From a virus (taxonomy: Duplodnaviria > Caudoviricetes): a stretch of 27,292 bases of DNA. Positions 8,924 through 17,293 of the stretch are shown here, piece after piece. The position numbers and the translations under genes are program-made. Each line of letters begins with the position of its first letter. The stretch's first letter is position 1. The stretch lies in IMG/VR virus record IMGVR_UViG_3300005541_000285, one strand, 5' to 3'. Below the pieces are notes generated by a model. The model saw only the letters and a program-made list of their open reading frames with translations, was not told the origin of the DNA and ran no database searches.

Positions 8924-9442
8924 TCATCCGCCCAGATTAGTACGGAACTGAGCCAGTTGATCGACTCCATTGACGACGTAAATGTTCGCTAGCACGTCGT
9001 ACAAATGAATCTGGGAGCCTGCGATGTATAATTCAGAGTGATAGACGCTGATTGTTGAACTGACGTCCAGGTTCTCGTGGGCGCGGAATAGTAAACCGCC
9101 AGCATCTTTAAAGACTCCGGTCATCAGGTACACAACCGGCAGTTCGGCCGTACGTCCCTGGCTCGTATACTGCTCGAGGCTGCCCCTAACCTGGAACAAG
9201 TGCGACGTAAATGGACTATCAGCCGCTGTGAGCACTTCTGGGTAAAGTGATGCCCACTTGATTCTAGACTCTAGCTTGTCCACTCCCGCCCAGAATTCCG
9301 CCATTCCGGCCATGCCCAACGCCTTGTGATCAACCATCTTATGGCGCGGCTGACCGAGCGCAATTTCCTCGGCGCGGCCAAGCAGGCCCACACCGTCCAT
9401 GTAGATGTTGGCATTAGTGAGTCGATTGACTGATACATCCAT
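8924..9442 (-). CDS. Major tail tube protein (P2 FII-like)
   Basis: LTNANIYMDGVGLLGRAEEI...ALGMAG...GVDKLE...DVLANIYVVNGVDQLAQFRTNLG pattern. Confidence 0.92.
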   Translation of the reverse strand: MDVSVNRLTNANIYMDGVGLLGRAEEIALGQPRHKMVDHKALGMAGMAEFWAGVDKLESRIKWASLYPEVLTAADSPFTSHLFQVRGSLEQYTSQGRTAELPVVYLMTGVFKDAGGLLFRAHENLDVSSTISVYHSELYIAGSQIHLYDVLANIYVVNGVDQLAQFRTNLGG

Positions 9443-9503
9443 GCGTCGGTTCCTCGGTCTTTGCTACTTTAGTTGGCTGTTCACTCGGGAGCGTCCCGCT
9501 CTT

Positions 9504-11258
9504 CTACGCAGTTAGCGAAGTTGCGCTCTGGGCGCTCGTCGTTCCCAGTTGGCTCAGCAGCGTCGAGTCAATGTAAACGTTAAACGTGATACGCTCCGCC
9601 GGCGGTGGGGGCATAACGTCGATATCGAAAACTAGCTGCCCGGCCGCGATAGCGCTTGGCGGATTTTCCGCTGGGTTGTACGTCGCCGAGCCGGCAACCA
9701 ATGCTCCGCGCTGGATCAGCGTCCTGATGAAAGAATTCACGCTCGCAAGAATCGCCGTTATTAATGCGTTGCTGATCGGCTGATCGATGAACTGCAGCAT
9801 CGATAATTCGACCGATTCTTCCAGCACGTCCATCGTCCGCCGAACACTGATGAAATTGTCCGGCGTCGTTATCGTCGGGTAGCCTGCGCTGCGGTTTCCC
9901 CACACCCGCAAGCCGGTGCCAAAAGCATTAAAAACCGTCAGAATGCCGGCCGCGTTGAGATTATTGACGTCCGACGCCGCATCCAAAATTGAGGCGTAGA
10001 GCGTTACATCCGGTCCCAGTATGCCATTCACCTGCATGTTCGACGCTGACCACCAGTAGCCTTGTGCCAAATCCCTTGCCGCAATTGCGCCGGCCACCCA
10101 TGACGAATAGGGACCGACCGCATTTGCGTTCGCCTGGGTTTGTACTGGCAGTGCGTTATTGAGAGTCACGCCGGTCGGCACAATCCCGGTGTCGAAAAAC
10201 TGCTCTTGCGGGTAACACAGAACAACCCGTGTCGAGCTCGTATCGAAGGCGTTGCCGGCAACCCCACGGTTCGCAATCGCCGTCGCCACCGTCGTACTCG
10301 GCGGTGAATCGACTAAGGCCACACCCCTTATAGTTCCCGCAATCGTCGTCAGCGCGGACGCCACGTCGGCGTTTTGCGCAAAGCCGGGTGCGATGAGCAC
10401 TTTCGGAAAGAATCCCATAGTGCCGTAGGTCGTGAGCCAGCCCTGCATGCCGCTGTAAGTACCCGCGGCCACAGATCCGATAATGTTCGCGTCTTGCACT
10501 TTGGTCGGATCTGCATAGCTGAACGAAGTAATCACGCTTCCCAGTGCCGGAATCGTGCTACCAACGTTGAGCGTAATGACGCCATTAACCGGATCGAGAG
10601 TGTAATCGGTCTTGGCCGAGTAAGCCGTGCCGGAATAATAACTATAGCTCGCGAGTACCGCCTGCGTGTTCCCGATCGCGCCGCCGGCGATTACGCTGAT
10701 GCTTCCGGTCCGCGCGTCGAGGCTGAAGTCTGTCCCCTGCACATAGGTGTGGCCCGCCGGATTGCTGGTCAGCACCAGCGACGACGCCTGCACTTCGCCA
10801 TGCGTCAGCTGCACAGTCGCCGGCGTTCCGGCGAACGTGTGCGTCTCACCGCTGACGGCCGCAGTGGTCGTCGGCAGCACGCTTAGGTTGTTTATCCCCA
10901 TGTGCGCGAGGTTGACCGCACCTGCCGCGCTGAATGTCTGCGATGATACCACGTCACTGAAATGCAGTGCCGGATTGAACACGTTTATCGTAATTACCTG
11001 ACCCGCACCCTGAGCTTGAATCGCCGCGAGCGCGTACGGAATCGTGTAGCCTTGCACCAACGGCCCGAAGTTGGCGGCATCTAGCGCCGAACTCACCAGG
11101 ACGGGCGAATTCAGCGCCGGCGCAATGGCCGGCGCCGCCACCGCCCACGTCGGCGCGGTCCCTACCAGCCCGATCACAGATGACTTCACTACCGTGATCG
11201 GCACCGGACCGGTCGTCGTCTCAATTACCTCAACTCCATGAAGAAAAGATGCCGCCAT
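9504..11258 (-). CDS. Contractile tail sheath protein (P2 FI-like)
   Basis: FLHGVEVIE, SVIGLVGTAP, PKVLIAPGF, GYWWSASN, GLRVWGNRS, FISVRRT and PPPPAERITF motifs. Confidence 0.95.
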   Translation of the reverse strand: MAASFLHGVEVIETTTGPVPITVVKSSVIGLVGTAPTWAVAAPAIAPALNSPVLVSSALDAANFGPLVQGYTIPYALAAIQAQGAGQVITINVFNPALHFSDVVSSQTFSAAGAVNLAHMGINNLSVLPTTTAAVSGETHTFAGTPATVQLTHGEVQASSLVLTSNPAGHTYVQGTDFSLDARTGSISVIAGGAIGNTQAVLASYSYYSGTAYSAKTDYTLDPVNGVITLNVGSTIPALGSVITSFSYADPTKVQDANIIGSVAAGTYSGMQGWLTTYGTMGFFPKVLIAPGFAQNADVASALTTIAGTIRGVALVDSPPSTTVATAIANRGVAGNAFDTSSTRVVLCYPQEQFFDTGIVPTGVTLNNALPVQTQANANAVGPYSSWVAGAIAARDLAQGYWWSASNMQVNGILGPDVTLYASILDAASDVNNLNAAGILTVFNAFGTGLRVWGNRSAGYPTITTPDNFISVRRTMDVLEESVELSMLQFIDQPISNALITAILASVNSFIRTLIQRGALVAGSATYNPAENPPSAIAAGQLVFDIDVMPPPPAERITFNVYIDSTLLSQLGTTSAQSATSLTA

Positions 11259-11277
11259 TTTATTCTCACCGTCTTGA

Positions 11278-11300
11278 TAACCGCCATTGAATAGCGGCTA
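11278..11300 (-). other. RNA stem-loop in the gp37-sheath spacer
   Basis: Minus strand TAGCCGCTAT-TCA-ATGGCGGTTA forms a 10-bp stem with G-U pairs. No U tract follows. Confidence 0.5.
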
Positions 11301-11336
11301 GTATGCTAACTCCAGCCTTTAGTTTCTGGCTCGTTG

Positions 11337-12173
11337 TTAATTGGTCGGCGCCGTCGGCGACTGTCCGCCCGTGGCAACCGCGATTACGACTTCCGCATAA
11401 CTGTAACCCACACTGACCGTCGCTTCCGGAGGAATGGAGCCTGTGGGCAGCCAGACGACGATTCCGTTTACGCTGTCAACCGTGTAGTCCGTGCCAAGTG
11501 TGTATGGCGCGCCGGTCGGCGCCGCCGACACGATGACTTCTGAGATATTTGCATTGCCGAGCTTAATCTCGCCGGCGGCGTTGAAGACGAGCTGAGCCGC
11601 AGCGACGACTCGGAGGGTCTGACCTCCTTGCTCCTGCGTCACTGCTTCAATCAGCAATGGGAAGTTGTCGATTGTAGACGGCTCAACGGCTGCGGTCGTG
11701 AACGCGAAGATGCTTTCGTAAATCCATACACCACCCTCTTTGTCGCGTTCTAGAAACTGATCTTTCAAGGGATACATTTTAGTGCATCCCCCAATCTGAA
11801 ATCCGGTGAGCGCGCCTCGAATCGCTTCCAGCAGCGCGTACGCACCCGGACTCGGCCCCCCTGCGTCGCCTCCATAACTCCAGCCCAGATCGCGCATCAT
11901 TAATCTCACCGCGAACCGCAGCGTGCGTTTTTGCACCACCGCTGCCGTGTCGATTAAGTCGCCATAGGCGGCGCCGTCGTAGCGTACCAGCGCCGCGCCG
12001 ACTCGATGGGTTAATCGATAGCTCTCGGGACGATCAGGGTAGTGCGCGATCTCAATCGAGTTAATCTGGCTGCCTAATTGGCTGACGATCGCGTTTTCCA
12101 ACGTCGCGATATCCAGTGGCGTCGGCGGTATAAAAGAAATTCCCGCCCACGCCGTATCGAGCATTACCGCCAT
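11337..12173 (-). CDS. Mu-like Gp37 tail completion protein with extra C-terminal 'GTDY' beta-module
   Basis: YPDRPESYRLTHRVGAALVRYDG...GAYALLEAIRGALTGF...GGVWIY pattern. Lies between gp36 and sheath. Confidence 0.85.
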   Translation of the reverse strand: MAVMLDTAWAGISFIPPTPLDIATLENAIVSQLGSQINSIEIAHYPDRPESYRLTHRVGAALVRYDGAAYGDLIDTAAVVQKRTLRFAVRLMMRDLGWSYGGDAGGPSPGAYALLEAIRGALTGFQIGGCTKMYPLKDQFLERDKEGGVWIYESIFAFTTAAVEPSTIDNFPLLIEAVTQEQGGQTLRVVAAAQLVFNAAGEIKLGNANISEVIVSAAPTGAPYTLGTDYTVDSVNGIVVWLPTGSIPPEATVSVGYSYAEVVIAVATGGQSPTAPTN

Positions 12174-12176
12174 TGC

Positions 12177-12635
12177 CTAGTAACCCTTTAGTGATCCGCG
12201 ATCGAAAACCCGCTGTGGTAAGACCCCTGACGAATCGCCGCCGGCCTGGGTCAGTACCGCGTCCTGCGCCTGCGGCGGCTCGACGTTGTCCGCCGAGAGC
12301 CCTAGTGTCACCTCGCCGCGCGCAACCTGGACTAAGAGCGCCACCGCATCCTCGTACCGTTTTCGCGCGTCCGCTATATCGTGAAGTGGTCGGAGGCCTT
12401 GCAGCCGATACATCGCGATGTCGCAGGTCAGCCGGTTAAGCACTGCCGGTGGATCACTAAGCGGCAACAGGAAGCGGCTTTCCAGGTAACCGTCGATCTC
12501 CGCGCTGGCGTCATCAACGACCTGCTGTAATGCCGTTGTGTTTACCACCGTCTGCGTAGGATCCTCATTGGTCAATTGCACGAGATCCCGGTTCGGATAG
12601 CGTGCGATCATGTCATTTGGAGTTGCGTAAACCAC
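12177..12635 (-). CDS. Mu gp36-like (DUF1320) head-tail connector
   Basis: YAT..DM...DASAEIDGYL..RF.LPL...P..L....CDIAMYRL...RKRYEDA pattern. Confidence 0.9.
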   Translation of the reverse strand: MVYATPNDMIARYPNRDLVQLTNEDPTQTVVNTTALQQVVDDASAEIDGYLESRFLLPLSDPPAVLNRLTCDIAMYRLQGLRPLHDIADARKRYEDAVALLVQVARGEVTLGLSADNVEPPQAQDAVLTQAGGDSSGVLPQRVFDRGSLKGY

Positions 12636-12723
12636 TCGGATTTCCTGCTGCGATTGCTTCTGTGATGCGCCAGCACGGCCTTCGGTTAGGCAAGTCCTGC
12701 CTGACGCTTTTAATCGTTTTCGA

Positions 12724-13680
12724 TCAGACCAGATACTCGCTGACGATCAGTTGGGCGCTGCCTTTCCAGATGTTGGAAGTTGGCACTGTCGCGCTATTTC
12801 CGGTGCCCACCATGAACTCCGAGTGCAGCAACTGCCGCGCGACCTCTTCGAGCGCAGGCGGCACTAGCAGGAACGCGCTCGTTGGATCCGTCAGCGCGCC
12901 AAACGGATTGCCACCGTCGGTCTTGATCGACCGCATCGCCGCCCGTGCCGCCCCGTAGTTCGCGGGCACGCTCAAATCGGTATTGCTCGCGTATGCCAAC
13001 TGCCACAATCCGACTCCAGTATTGGCCCGCCCGTCGACTCCAAAGCGAAACTCCCGCCGATTGAATACCGATTCGTCGGTCAGCGTGTTCATGCGCGTCA
13101 TCGTGTACTCGCGTCGCAGCTGAAAGATAAACGGCCGCAGCGCTCGCGACGCGTCCAGCAAAAACCACCAAGGCCCCGAACCGCTGGAATTGATATTGCC
13201 GGCAGTCGTGTCGCGCACATCGCCAGCCGCGCTCAGCGGTCCCACGGGATGCGTCCCGGAGAAGAAGGGCTGGCCATCAAAGCTCAGTACGCTGCCCGGC
13301 GTGTTCACCGCGTTCTTAATCATCGTAAACAAAAGAACGTCAGGATGAACTTTCGTGTCCCACCCCAGTTGTTCGATGATCGGCTCGTAAACGCCGTAGT
13401 TATCGTCCTCAAGATCGTTACGATCGATACTGATCGTGTCTTCGAAATTCCGGTTCACGATCGTATAGGTGTGCGTCTCCAGCGCCTGCACCACGCGGCT
13501 GCCGAGCCACTCACGAAACTTGGTGGTCCGGCCCAGCCATGGATAAGTGGTCTGGCGCGACGTCGAGCGCACAACCGTCGCGATCTTTTCGTAATAAGAC
13601 GGCGGTTTCTCGAAACCGCGCTGAAAAATGACGTCAAAGCCGGTGAATAACGCCGTAAGGTTCGCTGCTGTGATTTCCAT
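12724..13680 (-). CDS. Mu-like major capsid protein gpT
   Basis: YPWLG...FREWLGSR, FEDTISIDRNDLEDDNYGVY, DGQPFFSGTHPV, WFLLDASRALRPFIFQ and FRFGVDGRAN.G.GLWQLAY motifs. Confidence 0.95.
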   Translation of the reverse strand: MEITAANLTALFTGFDVIFQRGFEKPPSYYEKIATVVRSTSRQTTYPWLGRTTKFREWLGSRVVQALETHTYTIVNRNFEDTISIDRNDLEDDNYGVYEPIIEQLGWDTKVHPDVLLFTMIKNAVNTPGSVLSFDGQPFFSGTHPVGPLSAAGDVRDTTAGNINSSGSGPWWFLLDASRALRPFIFQLRREYTMTRMNTLTDESVFNRREFRFGVDGRANTGVGLWQLAYASNTDLSVPANYGAARAAMRSIKTDGGNPFGALTDPTSAFLLVPPALEEVARQLLHSEFMVGTGNSATVPTSNIWKGSAQLIVSEYLV

Positions 13681-13711
13681 GGGTACCTGCCCTTGAGAGA
13701 AACTCGCTTAC

Positions 13712-14410
13712 TTAGACCGCCGCCGCAGACTGATGCCAGAAATCGACCCAGACCTGCCCGCTGGGATCGATGTTTACGATTCTTCCGGCGACGCTCCGGC
13801 TTGCCGGGCCCCAGTTGTAGTCGACGAAGATCGTTGACGCCGCGGCGATGGCCCCGCCGCTTACAAGCATCAGGAGTCCAGCCTGATAATCGATCACGTA
13901 GTCAATCCCCTCGCTGTAAACCGTTCCGCCGGCCGACGTACTGTGCACTTTCACTTTCGCAATATTCTCGTGACCCAGCACCGAAATCTGCGGGACCGCA
14001 GTCGGCGGCAGGGTCACCGATTGCGCGACTACTGCCGTTGCTGCGCTGCCATCACTGAGCGAGACCGAATTGTCATCAACTGCAAAGGCCATCATTCCGA
14101 TCTGCGGCGCCGCGATTGAGCCGTCATTGACCGCGTACATGAACACACCGCGCCGCGCGACAATTGAGATCGCGCCCGCCGCCCCTGGATTGTTGACAGC
14201 GTCCTGGCCGGGAAGGCCGTTGAATACCATCTCAGTACGCCCGATTAGCTTGAGCCCGGCGATGCTGGACGCGGGCACCGCGTAACCGTTGGCATCGAGC
14301 GCCGCCATGCTGCCAAGATAGATCGTCGTGTTCGCTTCGACCGGGTAGACTTGCATCCGCCCGCCGTCAGCAGCTTCAGGAGTATTGCGTGAATTAGTCA
14401 GTGCCGCCAT
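13712..14410 (-). CDS. Capsid cement/decoration protein (DUF2190-like) with inserted 'GTDY' module
   Basis: Start reassigned to ATG at 14410 (MAALTNSRNTP). Motifs YPVEANTTIYLGSMAALDANGYAVPA, FAVDDNSV and SVAGRIV..GQVWVDF. Lies between protease and capsid. Confidence 0.8.
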   Translation of the reverse strand: MAALTNSRNTPEAADGGRMQVYPVEANTTIYLGSMAALDANGYAVPASSIAGLKLIGRTEMVFNGLPGQDAVNNPGAAGAISIVARRGVFMYAVNDGSIAAPQIGMMAFAVDDNSVSLSDGSAATAVVAQSVTLPPTAVPQISVLGHENIAKVKVHSTSAGGTVYSEGIDYVIDYQAGLLMLVSGGAIAAASTIFVDYNWGPASRSVAGRIVNIDPSGQVWVDFWHQSAAAV

Positions 14411-14493
14411 TGTTCCACCGTGTGAGATCAGATTTGTTGTTCGCCGCAATTGCCAGCGTCGCTAACCAAGTAGTTCAGTTTCGCACTTGAAGA

Positions 14494-15603
14494 TTACAAC
14501 AGGCCGGCCTCAGGAAGCGCTCTCGCCGTCTTGCGCCGAGCATAGTCAGTAGCCCGCAGCCCCAGGCGCGTACAGATTGCCAACTCCACCGCGCTGAGCG
14601 CCTCGACGCCTGCCTCGCTCGACAGCTGGCTCCCGCCTCGGTTAGCACGGCTTCGCGGTTCGCTCTCAAGCTCGAGCGTTCCCAATGCAAGCGCCGGCTG
14701 TCGCGCGACAAACTGCGCGAAGCCCTCGGCATCCGCGGCGCAATACTCGATCGCCCATTCGCGCTGCGCCGGCACGATCTTCCCCGCTCGCATCGCCCCC
14801 TCCACCGCCCGCTCGCTCACTTCACGGGCCCGCTCTGCCCGCAGAGCGGTTAGTTCGCGCGCCGCCTTCTGATAATGTTCGGCGGTAACGTGTTGCACGC
14901 GATCGAGTGTTTCGCGGCCCGTCGCTTTGTTGACCGCCTGATTCTTTTCGCTCTGAGCTTCCATCAGTTGTTGCGCAGCTTCGACGATGTCCTCCGCCGT
15001 CGCTTCGGCTTCCAGTCCCAGAACCTCGCGGAGAACCCCAAGCAGCTCATCCATCGGCATATCCGCCCCACTTTCGGTCCCATCGGGCGCTCCGGCTTCG
15101 CCTCGTCCGCGGGCCTCCACCCGCGCCCGCGCTGCAATCGCTCGCAAATACAGATTGGGATTGTTCGTCAGCGCTGCACGCAACAGCCGCGCCACCACCC
15201 CCTCTGCGTCATGCTCGAACACCGGCGAAACGTAGCGATACTCCCGCGTCGCCAGCGCCGCCGCGCCATGTTGCGTCCACTCGACACGAGCCCACAGCGC
15301 CCCATTGCGCTCCGCCAACTCTTTGATCCAACCAGCCGCCGGCGCTGGCCGCCCCTCCGGCGCGCCGAGGTCGGTCGCGTGGTCGTAATCGATCGGCAGC
15401 CCGGCCTCCATCTGCAGCGCTTGTGTCGCCGCGATCACCTTCGGCACGTCCTCCAGACGATACGGTCCGCGCCCATCACGCCCGCTGAACCGTCCGGCGG
15501 GAATCAGCTCAATCCACGCCGGCTGCGTCTCGTCTGCCGACGACGCGCATACACCAACGCGCGTCGCATCAACACGCTCTATGCTCTCGACTGTCGCGTT
15601 CAT
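14494..15603 (-). CDS. Mu-like prohead protease I with C-terminal scaffold (Z) region
   Basis: WIELIPAGRF.GRDGRGPY, LPIDYDH, APAAGWI, VEWT, EYRYVSPVF and AALTNNPNL motifs. Start is uncertain: 15603 is chosen because 15657 lies inside the putative activator box. Confidence 0.9.
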   Translation of the reverse strand: MNATVESIERVDATRVGVCASSADETQPAWIELIPAGRFSGRDGRGPYRLEDVPKVIAATQALQMEAGLPIDYDHATDLGAPEGRPAPAAGWIKELAERNGALWARVEWTQHGAAALATREYRYVSPVFEHDAEGVVARLLRAALTNNPNLYLRAIAARARVEARGRGEAGAPDGTESGADMPMDELLGVLREVLGLEAEATAEDIVEAAQQLMEAQSEKNQAVNKATGRETLDRVQHVTAEHYQKAARELTALRAERAREVSERAVEGAMRAGKIVPAQREWAIEYCAADAEGFAQFVARQPALALGTLELESEPRSRANRGGSQLSSEAGVEALSAVELAICTRLGLRATDYARRKTARALPEAGLL

Positions 15604-15612
15604 CACTCGGCG

Positions 15613-15658
15613 ATTCTCCCAGTTCATTCGCGATTCTACTAGGGTGAAATGTTTCACC
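15613..15658 (-). promoter_or_regulatory. Putative Mor/C-activated late promoter (PI equivalent)
   Basis: Perfect palindrome GGTGAAA-TG-TTTCACC at 15643-15658. A -10-like GAGAAT lies 22 nt downstream of the shared 16-mer on the minus strand. Confidence 0.65.
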
Positions 15659-15698
15659 AGGGCTCTAACTCTACTACTTAGTAAGGGCGGGACACTGA

Positions 15699-17102
15699 CT
15701 ATACACTCGACGCCGTGCTGTCGCCGTGCTCCGCGCTCAAGCCGGCCGGCCGCAAGACCGGATCATTCGCCACTGCCGCCGCCAGCCCGAGCTTCTCGAG
15801 CACCGCCTTCTGGCTGACGCGCAGCCCGCGATCGGCCAGTTCCGCCACGATATCCGCGAACACCTTGACGTCCTGATCGTCCGGCAGCGCGAGTTCCAGC
15901 TGTGGATAGCGCCGCTGCGGTCCCGCATTCAGGTCGATCAGCGGCCGCAGAAGATCCCGCGTCAGCGTCGCTCCCAGCCGCTGGGCATCCGCGCCCAGGA
16001 TGTCCCGCCGCACCATCTGATGAACCTGCGCGGCCGCCCGCGACCCGCCGCCGCGCGGCAGTTCGGTCGTCAGCGTCTGACCCAGCACCGCTTTGCTCAG
16101 TTGCCGATCTATATACTCAGTGAAGCGCTCATATAGATCAGTGCTGCCCGATTGCCGCGCTTGCGTAAACTCGATTATCATCGAATCCGGAATTATGGCG
16201 GCCGCGTCGGTCCCGATATTGCCGACCGCCTGCAGCAGCGCGCTCTTGTCGTTCTCAGTCGCGCCCGCACCGTACTTGCCGAGCCGCAGCGGCTGCCCGA
16301 AGACCTCCGCGAACGTCACCCAGTCCTTCAGCACGTAATTCTTGAACAGGTAAGCCCAGGCTGCTGCCCGCGCCAGACCTCCGCGAATCGGCAGGCCGCT
16401 CTTGGCTTGTCCGTAATGCACCACGAACTTGAAGGGCGCCAGCGGCGCCGTCAGCGGCTGTGCCCCGATGCCCCCAGCGTTGCGCGCGACCCGGCCCGCA
16501 GGCAGGAGCCGCGCGTCCACATGTGTATAGCCACTGTCCGTAGTTTGCGGTATCGATTGACCCTCGCCTTGCAGAGTGCGCACCAGTAGTTCGCGTCCCG
16601 AGATCCAGTCGAACAAAAACCAGCGCGGATCCCGCCACAACAGCCGCGTCGGATACCATTCGGCGCCCGCGGTATCCCAGATGATCTCAGTCGCGGAAAA
16701 GCCTTTGCCGATGGCGTCGAGCATGTCGAACAGGGCCTCGCGCAGATTCAAGGTGCCCTGCAGCAGAAACTCACTCGCCATCGCCGCCAGCCGCACATCC
16801 GCCGCCGAATTCGACGCCGGCCTGATTACTACATCCAATTGCGCCACGGCCTGCTTGCGCGTCCCCAGCACCGCGAGGTAGTGGAGATCCTTCTCCTCCA
16901 TCTCCTCTGCCAGCTCCAGGTACAGAAACGGATCGCCGAATTCAGCCTGACGCAGCAGTCCGGTCAGCTTCTCCGGAGTCAGCCCGGCCGCCGGATGCAT
17001 TACTGAATATATATTTCGCACGCCGGCCAGAGTCGGACCGGCCTGCTCTTCGCGTAGCTGCCTGGTTTCGACCTCGCGGCCGTAGGCATCATACAGGCTC
17101 AT
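15699..17102 (-). CDS. Mu gp29-like portal protein (DUF935)
   Basis: LAEEMEEKDLHY..VLGTRKQAV, LDAIGKGFS..EIIW, FKNYVLKDWVTFAEVFGQPLRLGKY and SKAVLGQTLT motifs. Confidence 0.95.
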   Translation of the reverse strand: MSLYDAYGREVETRQLREEQAGPTLAGVRNIYSVMHPAAGLTPEKLTGLLRQAEFGDPFLYLELAEEMEEKDLHYLAVLGTRKQAVAQLDVVIRPASNSAADVRLAAMASEFLLQGTLNLREALFDMLDAIGKGFSATEIIWDTAGAEWYPTRLLWRDPRWFLFDWISGRELLVRTLQGEGQSIPQTTDSGYTHVDARLLPAGRVARNAGGIGAQPLTAPLAPFKFVVHYGQAKSGLPIRGGLARAAAWAYLFKNYVLKDWVTFAEVFGQPLRLGKYGAGATENDKSALLQAVGNIGTDAAAIIPDSMIIEFTQARQSGSTDLYERFTEYIDRQLSKAVLGQTLTTELPRGGGSRAAAQVHQMVRRDILGADAQRLGATLTRDLLRPLIDLNAGPQRRYPQLELALPDDQDVKVFADIVAELADRGLRVSQKAVLEKLGLAAAVANDPVLRPAGLSAEHGDSTASSV

Positions 17103-17293
17103 GACATCACCATTTCGAGGTCTTGCCCGATACCACCATTAGCGCGTTTAACCACCTGTTAACGCTTTTCTGAAAACAATTTGTTTCGACCGCGCTTATA
17201 CAGACTAATCCGTTATTTCGATCTGACTATTGCCTGGAAGAGCTTGAAAGCGCCGCCCCGGCGGAGAGAAACGCCCTTAGCTTTGCGGCGAAT

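Noticed and set aside
2465-11258. Interpretation as a tailocin, eCIS or T6SS
   Set aside because: Capsid, portal, protease and terminase are present and look intact. No Afp15-like ATPase or T6SS membrane complex is seen.
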